DNA from: a virus
Lineage: Duplodnaviria; Caudoviricetes
DNA length: 25,904 nt
Virus record (IMG/VR): IMGVR_UViG_3300025836_000019
Location: 1-25,904 of that record
Strand: one strand, 5' to 3'
The position numbers and the translations under genes are program-made. Of this stretch, positions 11,232 through 22,967 are shown piece by piece. Each line of letters starts with the position of its first letter. Positions within the stretch are counted from its first letter, which is position 1. The notes under the pieces are model-generated. The model had not been told where the DNA came from and did not search any database. It worked only from the letters and a program-made list of their open reading frames with translations.

Positions 11232-11268
11232 AAAAGGTAGTAGATTAATTTGCTACCTTTTATTTTTA
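11232..11268 (+). terminator. Intrinsic terminator after major tail gene
   Basis: AAAAGGTAGTAGA-ttaa-TTTGCTACCTTTT stem plus T-rich tail. Confidence 0.75.
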
Positions 11269-11286
11269 TATATAAATGATGATAAG

Positions 11287-11931
11287 ATGAATATAAAATT
11301 AAATATTAAAAGTATAATCAGATTTGAACAGTTCACCAATAAATCATTTAATGAATTTGACTATACAAATACGGATGATGTAATGAAATTATTGTACTGT
11401 GTGGTATTATCAAACAATTCAGAATCTTTTACTTATGATGAATTTATAGAACTAAGTAAGAATAAGAAATTAAGTAAAGAGATTACAGATAAATTCAATA
11501 AAGAGATTAAGCTAATTGAATTATTTACAAGTAAAGAAGTAAAAGAAAAAACTACAGTAGAACCTACTGAAAAGGTTACAATATTTATTAAAGATATAAT
11601 TGCATTACTAGTTGTAAACGCTGGAATAGATGCAAATTTTATAATGTATGAAATGTCAATAAATGATATTCCTTTATATATGAATGCTTACAATAACAAG
11701 GTGAAAGAGCAAATGGAAAATAACAGGTTATGAACTTATTTATCTATACTACCTCATATAGATTCATCAAAAATAAATAGCCCCTCAAAATATTATTTAT
11801 TCCCTTGGGAATTAGAAGCACAACAGATAAGAGAAAACGCTGAATTAAAAAATATGGCTGATGAATTACCAGATATTTTTAAATCTAGTGTAGAATTAAT
11901 AGAAAAAATCAACAAGCAAAAACAAGTATAA
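11287..11931 (+). CDS. Tail assembly chaperone, 214 aa (1 TGA=Trp)
   Basis: Between tail tube and tape measure; RLWTYL (TGA 11731)...LFPWE; TAA ends 1 nt before the tape measure ATG. Confidence 0.75.
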
Positions 11932-11932
11932 A

Positions 11933-14900
11933 ATGGCAAATGGAAAATTATCTTTCAGTGTTGCAATAAACCTTTTAACGGAACAATTCAACAGGGGTTC
12001 AAATCAATTAAAATCTGGATTAAGAAACATACAGATGCAGGCGATGGCAATGGTCGCTGCAATGGGTGTAGGCTCTTTAGGGTTGGGTGAATTTGTATCT
12101 AATCTAATAACTACAGCTAGAGAAACAAATAGATACACTACAGCCCTTAAAAACGTTTCAGGGGGTGCTAAAGAATTTTGAGAAAATCAAAAGTTTCTAA
12201 TTTCTATATCACAAAAATATGGATTGTATATAAATGATTTAACTGGTAATTTCAGCAAATTTACGGCAGCAGCAACTATTGCTAATATGTCAATGAAAGA
12301 CCAGCAATTCATATTTGAATCATTATCTAGAGCCTCTACAGGTTTTGGATTAAGTGCAGATGAAACTAATGGTGTATTTCTGGCTGTAACCCAAATGATG
12401 GGTAAGGGTAAGATACAAGCAGAAGAACTTAGAGGGCAATTAGGGGAAAGAATGCCTATTGCAATGCAAGCAATGGCAAAAGCAGCCGGTACAACTGTAG
12501 CCGGGTTAGATAAGATAATGAAGGCCGGCAAACTACTTAGTGCTGATATAATGCCAAAATTTGCAAAAGCATTAAATGAGATGTTGCCAAACGTTTCTAC
12601 AGATAATGTTGAAACTTCATTTAACAGGCTTAAAAACAAGTTTAAAGAGCTTACAGACGCTTTAAATGTTGGTAGTATATACAAAGGTTTACTAGATCAA
12701 ACAAACACTGCATTTAGTTGGATATTAGGTAATTTAAAAACTGTTGGTAATGGGATTGTAAATGTTGTTTCATCTGTAATTATAGGTAAAGCTTTTTTAA
12801 TGGTTGTAAATGCTTACAAAACATTAGAAGTAACAGCACTTAGATTTTATAAGAAACAGGCTTTAATGTCAGGTGTTACATTTGATGAAATGGCTTACAA
12901 TGCTAATAAATTTAAAAACGTTTCAACTGTTGCTTTTGCTAAAGTTGGACTAGCTTTAAAATCTGCTTTTGCTTCATTCTTACCAATGTTAATAATATCT
13001 GGTATTATTGCAATAGTTCAACATTTTACTGATTTAGCAGCAAAAACAAAGGAGTTAAAAGCTATATGAGGTGATTATCAATCTGGTCTACAAAATGCAG
13101 GGCAAAATGATTCTGCTGTAAAGGATTTAAAAAAATTACAATCAGTTATTTATGATACTACCAAATCATTAGATGAAAGGAAAACTGCATTAAATGAAAT
13201 AAATACTATTCTAGGAACTAACTATGAATATGATAAAAACGGTTTAAAAATTGCGGGTGATATTAACAGCAAAATAAAAGATAGATTAAATCTTTTAGAG
13301 AAAACTGCTGAATTGAATTATGCAATTAATAGTAAAATACAAGCTGGTGACAAAGTAGCAGAAAAGACAAATCAAATTAGTGTTATTAATAATCAATTAA
13401 GAAGTGATATTAATGGTGGTAATGGGGTTGATAAAGGTTTAGTTAAAGATAGACACAATTTGCAAGTTGAATTAGAAGCATTAACTAAAGTTTATGATGA
13501 TGCATCTAATAAGGTTTTGTCAATTAAAACTAGTATTGAAAAAACATCTGGAAAACCCAAAAAAGAAACAGTTATAACAGATACAACTGGTTCAAAAGTA
13601 AAAGAAACAGAATTAGAAAAAGCTGAAAAGAATCATATTCAACAACTAAATGAATATAATAATCAACTAGCAAATGGTACTATATCAGTTAAGGAATACA
13701 ATGAATTATTTGATAAGTTAGTAAAAGATTCAAAGGAAAAATTAGGTGGATTACTAACACCAACACAAGCAAAGAATAATGTATTATTTCAGTCCGTAAA
13801 GAATCAAAAACCTTTAACTTCTGGGAATGACAAATTAAACGATGTTGAAACTGAATATACTGATTCAAAGAAAGATTTAGATATTGAGTTAAAGCTAGGT
13901 TATATTACACAACAAGAATACAATACTGCTTTAGAATCACTAATCAAATCAACTATTAAAACTGCATATAAAATTGATAGTATTGATGTAGCAGCAACTG
14001 AATTTATTAAAGGTTTATTTGGTAAGAAAAAAGAACTAGATAAGGCACAACCAAAAGAAAAAGATTTATCTAAATATGATTTTACTTCACCTTATGAAAA
14101 TCTAGGTAAAACTGATATTGAAATGGCTGGGGTTAATTTGGATAAGGCAAAAGAAGAACTAAATGCCTTAAAAGAATTAGCATTAAAAACTACTGATGAT
14201 TTAACTAAGCAATTAGATGAAAAATTATCAAATGTAACCAGTTTAGATAAAGCATTAAACATATTAGAAGTAAAGAAGAAGGTAAAAGATTTACAGAAAG
14301 AATTATCTACTGGTATTTATTCAGGGGTTAAAGATATTGCAAACAGTGCTAAAAATATATATGAAGGATTTAAAGCCGTTGGTGATGTTATTAGTAATGT
14401 TGATGCTTCTGGTTGGGATAAATTTTTAGCTATATGAGATGCTTTAACTAATACAGTTGATTCTATTATGTCTGTTATAAAATTAATTCAGACTATAACA
14501 GAAGTAACTAAAGCATTAGGAATAGCAAAGAAAACAGAAGCTATTATTGATACAGCAGTAACAGGAACTAAAGTTGTAAATGCAGGTATAGGTGCAGCAG
14601 CTACAGTAGCAGCAGCAACAACAGAAACAGCCGCAAATACAGCAATTGCAGGAACAGGAGCAGCAGCATCTGTTTCATCGGTCCCTATTATAGGACCAAT
14701 ATTAGCTATTGCAGCAGTAGCAGGTATTGTTGGTTTATTAGCTTCATTACCAAAATTTGCAAACGGTGGTATTGTTGGTGGTTCTTCTTATTCAGGTGAT
14801 AAAATTTTAGCTGGTTTAAATTCTGGTGAAATGATTCTAAACGGTGGACAACAAAGTACGTTATTCGGGCTTTTAAATGGCAATGGTGGAATTAATGGCA

Positions 14901-14998
14901 ATAATACAGTTAATGGTAGCACTGTTGAATTTGTAATCAAAGGAAAGGATTTAAAAGGGGTTATTTCTAACTATGATAAAATTAAAAGTAAAGTATAA
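11933..14998 (+). CDS. Tape measure protein, 1021 aa (3 TGA=Trp)
   Basis: Five ORF-track pieces in one frame joined by TGA 12179, 13067, 14435; QMMGKGKIQAEELRGQLGER and FANGGIV...NSGEMIL motifs. Confidence 0.93.
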
Positions 14999-17154
14999 TG
15001 AACTACACAGGACAATTTAAAAACATAAATAATACACTTTATCAAATTGATATAGATATAAATAATGGTATTACTGGCAGCACTGAAATGGTGCTAGATG
15101 GTGAACCGTTTAAAGTAGATTATAATGCAGGTGAAACAATATACGAGCCTTTAAAACTAAGCAATTCAACGTGTTCTATTTTATCATCTTCTTATCTATT
15201 TGATATTTATTCATCAACTGCACAGGGCACTAAATTAACTCTTAAAAATGTTGATTCTAATTCTGTTGAATGGGTTGGATATGTAACACCTAACATTTAT
15301 ACACAAGCTTTTGAACAACCTATAGAGCAAATAGATTTAGAAGCAATTGATGGTTTAAGTACACTAGAAAATTATACTTATAATCAGATTGATTTTAATG
15401 GTAAAAAGATAAAATCTTTGCAGGATATATTGATACAATGTATCAAACAATGCAATTGTTATAATCATATCTATATCAATCAAAATAACAGTTTAACTAG
15501 TTCAATTGATAAGACTAAAATTATAGACAAACTATTTATTGCTGAACAGAATTTTTTTAATAGTGATAGTACACCAGCAACGGACACAACACCAGCAATA
15601 GCAGCTAGTTCAATGAATTATAAAGAAGTATTAAGCGAAATATTAAAATATCTAGGTTATACAATTATTGCTTTTGGTGATTCAGTTTATATACTGGATT
15701 ATGATTATATATCAAACAGTTATTCAAATTATAGTACTTATTCAACTACTAACAACTGGTTGACTTATTCAACTGGTACAACTAATTTAATTGATGTTCA
15801 TTCAATTACAAATGATAGTTTTAAAGCAGCAGGTGGAACTATTGAATTAGATACTACATATAATCAAATCAGTATTAAAACAAGCTTGTTTAAAGAAGAT
15901 AGTTTAATTCCAGATTTTTTTGATGTTAACCATTTAAACAACATAACACTAAATACCCATTATTGGGAAGATGCACTTTATCCAGAAGTAAACGGATATA
16001 AACAAAATTTGAAATACTTTAAAAATGATATGTATAATTATATCTGGTATGATAATGATGTGAACTGGAATAATATAACAATTGGTGATAATATTACAGT
16101 CAGCAATTTAACTAATAATATAGGTGCTATAGTAACTCAACAATTTAGTTATAAGTTATCAGATCCAGCACCAACAAGTAAATCCTATTCAAACTATATT
16201 CAACTGGTAAGACATTTGACATTTAGTCCAACAGCAGCACAAAATGTTGCAATGCCTGTATTAAGAACTATTGTTGGATCGATACCAAATAATAGTTATT
16301 TGTTTGATAACTACAATATAAATATTTCTGGTTCTGCTTTATGGATGACAAACGATAAAATGAAACAGTATTATATAGATCCTTCTGTAGTTGGTAAATA
16401 TGACACTGATTTTTTAGAAGAAGATATAAATTTAACCGCTAAAATACAAATAGGTAATAAGTACTGGAACGGTACAAACTGGACTACTACAGATTCAACC
16501 TTTAAAATATTATTTGCAAAAGGTACTGAAACACATTTATTTAATAAGTGGTTCAATATTAAAAATTCAGTAACCAGAGCACAACTAAATGTAAGCGGTC
16601 AATTAATACCAATTCATTTATACGACCAATTAATTGGTGATATTGAATTGACTTTATATACACCAAAAAGTATTGAAACTGATGGTGATTTTATTCAGAT
16701 TGATAATGTATTTATAAAAGATCTTAGTTTCAAATTAGTAAAGGAGAATCTAGGTAAAAATGATGAAACTGATACAGAATATTTGAATGTTATAAACTCA
16801 AATTTCGTAAATAAATTTAGTGATTTATCATTCAAAGTTTGCAGCCAGACCAACAAGGGAATGAATTATAGTAGTGTTATTGAATTAAGTGATATAGGAA
16901 CTTATAAATACAATTCTGGCATATTCAACAAATCATTAAATAAGTCACAACTACAGGAGTATAATATAATTGAAAAGTATGTAGATCAATATTCAACACC
17001 TAAAAAGATTTTAAATCTAACTTTAGGTAATAACTATTATCCTTATACATTATTTAATTGTTCATTGTTTCCAGCGGATAAGTACATAATTAATAAAATG
17101 TCAATTGATTACTATAATAGCAATAACTTAGTAACTATTGTAGAGAAAATATAA
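14998..17154 (+). CDS. Tail tip/baseplate structural protein, 718 aa
   Basis: Follows tape measure with TAATG overlap; WVGYVTP...EAIDGLSTL; 9 Trp, all TGG. Confidence 0.75.
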   Translation: MNYTGQFKNINNTLYQIDIDINNGITGSTEMVLDGEPFKVDYNAGETIYEPLKLSNSTCSILSSSYLFDIYSSTAQGTKLTLKNVDSNSVEWVGYVTPNIYTQAFEQPIEQIDLEAIDGLSTLENYTYNQIDFNGKKIKSLQDILIQCIKQCNCYNHIYINQNNSLTSSIDKTKIIDKLFIAEQNFFNSDSTPATDTTPAIAASSMNYKEVLSEILKYLGYTIIAFGDSVYILDYDYISNSYSNYSTYSTTNNWLTYSTGTTNLIDVHSITNDSFKAAGGTIELDTTYNQISIKTSLFKEDSLIPDFFDVNHLNNITLNTHYWEDALYPEVNGYKQNLKYFKNDMYNYIWYDNDVNWNNITIGDNITVSNLTNNIGAIVTQQFSYKLSDPAPTSKSYSNYIQLVRHLTFSPTAAQNVAMPVLRTIVGSIPNNSYLFDNYNINISGSALWMTNDKMKQYYIDPSVVGKYDTDFLEEDINLTAKIQIGNKYWNGTNWTTTDSTFKILFAKGTETHLFNKWFNIKNSVTRAQLNVSGQLIPIHLYDQLIGDIELTLYTPKSIETDGDFIQIDNVFIKDLSFKLVKENLGKNDETDTEYLNVINSNFVNKFSDLSFKVCSQTNKGMNYSSVIELSDIGTYKYNSGIFNKSLNKSQLQEYNIIEKYVDQYSTPKKILNLTLGNNYYPYTLFNCSLFPADKYIINKMSIDYYNSNNLVTIVEKI

Positions 17155-17166
17155 AAATAAAACGAA

Positions 17167-20100
17167 ATGAATTTTATACAGAAAGACATAACATCACAAA
17201 GAAACAACACCAGTACAACTACATCAAATTCTTATTCTGGTGGTATTTCTGGTATAATGACGAATTTAGGGTATTTAGAGTTGATTAAAGCAACTTCTAA
17301 TATTGATAATGGTATTATATTAAAAGATAATGATTATGCATTTGGTGGGGTTACAGGTGACACTACAACCTATTTACTACATACTTCAGATAATGTAAAT
17401 GAAGGTTGAATATTTCAAAACAAAAATTCAGTAGATAAAACAATAACAGATGTTGCTTCTTTAAACGGTGCAGGATTATTAACTATTAAGGGTTTAAATA
17501 TTACCAACGGAAATAAAACGGTTGAATTAAAAGTAGATGACAATGGAAATTTATTTATAGATCAAACTGTTTATTCAGCAGGTGATATAATTGCATTTTC
17601 TACTGATGGAACAGGTGGCGGTACTGGTGGTGGTGGATTGATTGAACAGGTGTTTGATTATAATAACTTGCTGGCTGCAAATGATGATACATATTCAGAA
17701 ACTGACTATACCAATACTTTCAATGCTTTTGTAACCTATCAACTGAATAAGAGAATAAAAACTATTGAAAACACTAATTATTTGACTGGTATTAATTCAG
17801 GATTGATAACTGGTGCATTGGGTTATACACCATACAATGCAACAAATCCAGCGGGTTATATTACAGCATCAATTTTACCGACCAGATTAACACAGTTAAC
17901 TAATGATTCAGGATATATAACAGCTTCTAGTTTACCAACTAAATTAAGTCAATTAATCAACGACCCTAATTATGCTACAGTAGGCTATGTTGATACTAAA
18001 GTATCTAATTTGGTAAATAATGCACCAGCGACATTAGACACCTTAAATGAGCTTGCAACAGCATTAGGGAACGACCCAAATTTTGCTACAACCATAACAA
18101 CATTAATAGGAACTAAACAGTCACAATTAAACGGTTTAGGTTTTGTTAAATTTAATGGTACAAGTGTTAGTTATGATAATAGTACTTACTTAACAACAGG
18201 GGCTGCATCATCAACATATTTACAGCTTTCTGGTGGAACTTTAACAGGTGCATTAAGTGTAAATAGTAATACTACTACAAAAGGTTTAACCATAACTAAT
18301 GGCTCAAAATCAGTTAATTTAATTGTTGATACTGATGGAAAATTAAGCATTGATAAAGATATTTATTCATCTGGTGAAATTAGTGCTTATGGTGCTGGTA
18401 TTGGTTCAGGTGGTTCAGGTTCTGGCTTAATTCAAACTGTTTATAATTATGCAAGTATGGGCGGTTCATTTGATAATAATAACCAAACTGATACATTCAA
18501 TGCCTATTCAATTAATGCAATTAATAACAGGTTAACAAGTGCTGTTAATACAATCAATACTTTACAACCTATATCAAGTGCAATTAATACAGGAAATATA
18601 GGTACATATAATTTTGCAACACACAGAGGAGAGGGAACAGATTATATTAACTATTCAAGGTTTGTTTATAATAACGGTGCTTATAGTGGTTCAGGTTGGA
18701 TTGAACCATCTGAGTTAGGGGTTAGATATGCAGCATCAGCAGGAAATGCATCTACTTTGGGTGGTTATAGTTATTCAGGTAATCCTGATGCAAATACTAT
18801 TGTTTTAAGAAATAGTGCTGGTTATATACAAGGTTCTTATTTCAATTCAAATAGAGGTGATGAAACATCAGCAGCAGCCAGTTATATATATGATACTGGT
18901 GACGGTTGGATGAGAAAGAAAACATTAGCTAATGTAAAAAGCGAAATAGTAACCAGTGGTGCTGTTATTAATGGATTAGGTTATACACCATATAATAATA
19001 GTTCTATTGGCAATGCATCAGTTAATTATTCAAATAGTGCGGGTCAATCCAGTTATTTAACTACTTCTTTAGCTGGTACAAATAAAGCTAATTTGATTTA
19101 TGCACAGATAGCGGATAATGACTTTTTCAGGCTTCAAGTTGGGGGCACTGCAACTAATGCTGGCTATGTTGAATTTGCAACCGCTGACGATGGAACAGAA
19201 CCGATTTATTTTAGACAGTATACAGGGGTGTTTAGTAGCTTGGTTAGAACTGCAACGATTTTAGATGAAAATGGTAATACATCATTTCCTAATACTGTTA
19301 GTGCTTCAAGGTTCAATGGTTCAGGTGCTGGATTAAATAGTATTAGCACAAGTCAATTATCTAATGATATGGGTTGGGTTAATTCAACTGTTAACCGTTG
19401 GTATGATGGTTGGGTAAGTGGGGATGTTGGTGGTTATAATGCTAATACAATTGCACCATCAAAATCAGGTTTTTCATATTCAAATAATTGTCCTTATGGT
19501 GGGTGTTTAGTTCATTTTGATGCTGGTGGATATGGGTTGCAGTTATCAAGTAATTATAGTAACGGTAATGAGGTAGGGTTTAGAACACATAATGGTGATA
19601 ATGGTATATGGAATAGTTGGAAATCATTTTGGCATAGTGGAAACTTTACACCATCAAATTATCAACTAAATTTAGGTTATACACCAATAAATAAAGGTGG
19701 TGATACTGTTGATGGCATTATGTATTTTAGAACAAATAAAGGAAATGGAACTTATCTTAGTAATAATAGTCAATATAGTTTAGAAGCCTATGCAAGTGAT
19801 GGTGGGGCAGCTGCAATGTCATTTCATAGGTCGGGTTATTATGCTATCAATATGGGTTTAGACCCTGACAATGTATTCAGATTAGGGGGATGGTCAGCCC
19901 CTGCAAATTTAATGCAAATAAATATGTCGGGTGATTTAACAATGGCAAGAAATATAACAGCAGCAGGAACAATAACAGCAGCAGGTGTAATAAAAACTAA
20001 TTCATATTTTAAAACAACTGGTTCAGTTGGTATGGCTGGTGATTATGATGAAAATGGTACAACTGATAAAGTTATTTGGACTATAGGAACGAACTGGGCA

Positions 20101-20832
20101 TCTGTTGGTAGTATGTATGGTTTAGGATATAATTATAACGCTATTCCAGGATATGGACATAGTTTATTTATGGCTAATGCTGGAAGTAAAAAAATTCAAT
20201 TTAGTTTAGAAAGTGGAAACATTAATACTAATGGAAGTTTAGTTGTATCTGGAAGTGCTTTTGTAGGTAATTCTTTAAGTGTTATGGGTAATATTGATGC
20301 TAATGTTAATATGAGTATTAATAATGTTGATTCAAACACAACACTACATTTTAAAGATGATGGCTCAGATTGTAGTTATATATCAAGCGGTTGGGGTTCT
20401 GAAAGTATGGATTTTCATTCTATTTTTGGAATGAATTTCTATTCAAATTCTGTTGCTAGAATGTCACTTTATAGTAATGGGATGAATGTTAATGGCAATT
20501 TATTAGCAACAGGTGAAATTAATGCTTATTCTGCATCAGATAAAAGATTGAAAAATAATATTAAATCAATAGATAATTCACTAGATATTATCAATCTATT
20601 AAATCCAGTTAGTTATAATTGGAATGAGAAAGCAAAAGAATTAAATTCAAATAAAACAGATAAAAAAGATGTTGGTTTAATAGCACAGGAATTAAAAGAA
20701 GTACTTCCTGAACTGGTTCATACTATCTATAATGATGAATATTTAAGTGTTGATTATATTAAATTAATTCCTTATTTAATTGGTGCTATTAAAGATCTAA
20801 CAGAAAAAATAAATAAATTAGAAAGCAAATAA
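17167..20832 (+). CDS. Tail fibre/receptor-binding protein with C-terminal intramolecular chaperone (peptidase S74), 1221 aa (1 TGA=Trp)
   Basis: TGA 17407 joins the 80-aa and 1064-aa ORFs in frame with no other stop; APATLDTLNELATALGNDPNFA, SDKRLKNNI, GLIAQE motifs. Confidence 0.9.
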
Positions 20833-20833
20833 A

Positions 20834-21901
20834 ATGAGTATAGGAACAACAAACATAAGTACTACTGTTGTAGGTCAGGCAATTGGTTTAGGTAGTCACA
20901 ATGTAGGTGCATTATGTGCATCTACTAATGTAAATAAATGAAGCTTTTATAAACCTGTTTCTGTTAATAAATTAAGCGGTTTAGTTGATGCAGATTACTA
21001 TGCAGTTAATGATGGGTTCACAATACCAGAATATAGCAACCCATTAGATTTAATTAATGCTTTAATTGGCGGTACAAAGTGGACATATAACAAACCCGCT
21101 GGGGGTGCTGGTTCACCTTACAGATTAGGGGATTTTAGGGGATATAATCATAGTGCAACAGATTGGTTTAGTCTTTCAATTAATGGTGGTTCTGATGTAG
21201 AATATAGCAATAATAGGACTTTTTCTATGAATATTGATATTCCATATCTATTAAATTTCAACAAGTTTCAATTCGCTAAAACAGCAGCAAATGTTTTAGA
21301 TGTTGGTTTGATTCTGGTTAATAGTTGGAGTAGTAGAAGTAATGGTTATTTATATAAAATCAGTGATATAAGAGATTATGAACAGTTGAATTTAACTGTA
21401 TTATCGGATTTGGGTTTAGGGGGCTGGTATGTTGTACCAGTCTTATTTACTCATTCAAATCAGGCTAATAACAGTTTATTGTATTTCAATCAAAACAGTT
21501 CATTTTATGGCACATTCTATCTGTTACCGTCAAATCCAGCAACTATAAATATTGTAGGTCAAAATGGGGGTGTTGTGTTGGGTAATATATCAGTTAATTT
21601 CAATGATAAAAATATTGATGTTTATGGTTATACTGTCTACATATATTCATTTCAATTATATATTGAAAATACAAATAATCAAGATGTTACATTGTATATG
21701 ACAGGTCGAATGCAGGATGCAATGGCTTATGGTGGAATAGAATCAACTAATGTAACTATTCCAGCACATTCTAGTACTTATCTGGAATTATTCAACAATG
21801 AAAAGACCTATGAAAGTGTTGACGGTTCACCAATATTAGAATTAACTTATTCTTATGGTTCAACAAGTTTAACAACAAGTTTTGAAATAAATAATTTATA
21901 A
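20834..21901 (+). CDS. Tail-fibre-associated protein, 355 aa (1 TGA=Trp)
   Basis: LCASTNVNKWSFYKPV (TGA 20939) and SPYRLGDFRGYNH, motifs I recognise from Bacteroidota phage proteins next to fibres; in frame with ORF 21227..21901. Confidence 0.75.
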
Positions 21902-21919
21902 TATAAAAAATGAATTAAA

Positions 21920-22123
21920 ATGAGCATAAAAGAAAGAAAATTAAATTTACAACTGGCTACAGCCTGTTTTCTCGTGTTGGTTGGTGTTGGTCTATTAATA
22001 GCAGGATTTTGAGTAGCACCAGTAGGTGTTATTCATAGTAGTATATTAGTAGCATTTGGAGAGATTAGCACGTTTGCTGGCTCATTGTTTGGGATAGATT
22101 ATCATTATAGAAGATTAGGATAA
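21920..22123 (+). CDS. Small two-helix membrane protein, holin-like, 67 aa (1 TGA=Trp); absent from ORF track
   Basis: LVLVGVGLLIAGFWVAPVGVIHSSILVAFGEISTFAGSLFGIDYHY; TGA 22010; holin role inferred from size, hydrophobicity and position. Confidence 0.65.
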
Positions 22124-22164
22124 ATAACAAAGTTTAGAAAATTCACGAATAATAAAATAGAATT

Positions 22165-22320
22165 ATGAAAGATATTAAAGAATTAGAATTTAAAGTAAGT
22201 ATAGAGGATGCAAATATAATTTTGAATGCATTAAGTAAGCAACCGTTTGAACAGGTTGCTAAACTGATAAATCAAATTACAAACGAAGCACAGGAACAAT
22301 TAAACCCAGTAAAAGAATAA
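22165..22320 (+). CDS. Small helical protein, 51 aa
   Basis: DANIILNALSKQPFEQVAKLINQI; operon spacing and A-rich leader. Confidence 0.65.
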   Translation: MKDIKELEFKVSIEDANIILNALSKQPFEQVAKLINQITNEAQEQLNPVKE

Positions 22321-22324
22321 AATA

Positions 22325-22645
22325 ATGGCATTAACAAAAAAAATAGACTTCTTAAACGGAGTTATAACAGAATCAGCTTATATTGAAATAAGCACTATTA
22401 ATGTTGATTTCGATATGAAAACAGCTAATTTTAATGTGAAAACATACCTAGATAAAGCAACAAAAGATGCAGGTTTACAACCAATGCAAACAGAATATAT
22501 ACATATTTCAGATACTACACCAATGCCAACAGATAAACCAGTTTTAAACTTTAGCACTTATTTCTCAACAGGTAATATTAAAGCAAATGCAGAAACTTAT
22601 CTTTTGACTTTAGATAAATATAAAGACTGTGTAACAGTTGAATAA
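22325..22645 (+). CDS. Hypothetical protein, possibly tail fibre assembly, 106 aa
   Basis: Last gene of late operon; function from context only. Confidence 0.6.
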   Translation: MALTKKIDFLNGVITESAYIEISTINVDFDMKTANFNVKTYLDKATKDAGLQPMQTEYIHISDTTPMPTDKPVLNFSTYFSTGNIKANAETYLLTLDKYKDCVTVE

Positions 22646-22649
22646 ACTT

Positions 22650-22686
22650 AAAAGGTTGCGTCAAAATGATGCATCCTTTTTTTTTT
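22650..22686 (+). terminator. Intrinsic terminator ending late operon
   Basis: AAAAGGTTGCGTCA-aaa-TGATGCATCC followed by T10. Confidence 0.85.
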
Positions 22687-22938
22687 GATGAAAAACTTCA
22701 ACAAATATCTAGTTAAAAATATTTTTTTCATAAAAAATAATAATTCTTTGTTATAAATTCGCAAATATTAACGACAGATAAGAATAATGATGGTAATAGT
22801 TGAATTTGTACTCTTGAAACAGTTGCTAGACTAATTGCTAAAACTACTTCTAAAAAAAGTACAGAAAAAAGTGATTAAACTACTTATAGGCAGATATATA
22901 CAAAATATTATAAAAGGTTTTTAATGAAATATTTTATC

Positions 22939-22946
22939 TAACTTTG
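22939..22946 (+). promoter_or_regulatory. Bacteroidota -7 box
   Basis: TAACTTTG, 21 nt upstream of ATG 22968. Confidence 0.65.
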
Positions 22947-22967
22947 CATCTGAAAAATTAATTAAAA

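Noticed and set aside
4695-14998. Decayed prophage full of pseudogenes
   Set aside because: All interruptions are TGA, with no premature TAG/TAA and no frameshifts; random decay would give all of these, including TGG-to-TAG.
5042-16556. Minus-strand ORFs within the structural operon (5042, 5405, 6062, 6514, 6817, 7207, 7706, 8008, 9961, 10724, 12187, 16371)
   Set aside because: They overlap well-supported plus-strand genes and have no recognisable features.
17167-21901. Diversity-generating retroelement or shufflon acting on the fibre
   Set aside because: No reverse transcriptase or invertase, and no near-identical nucleotide template/variable repeat; the duplication is diverged.
574-22123. 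TGA as Gly (code 25) or selenocysteine
   Set aside because: Conserved-motif positions call for Trp (PWQ, W.K.NPNL, W.GE, NKW); no Cys-type contexts or SECIS-like pattern noticed.
22744-22878. Short code-4 frame (..NNDGNSWICTLE..) after the late terminator
   Set aside because: No convincing start codon or motif; at most a gene remnant.
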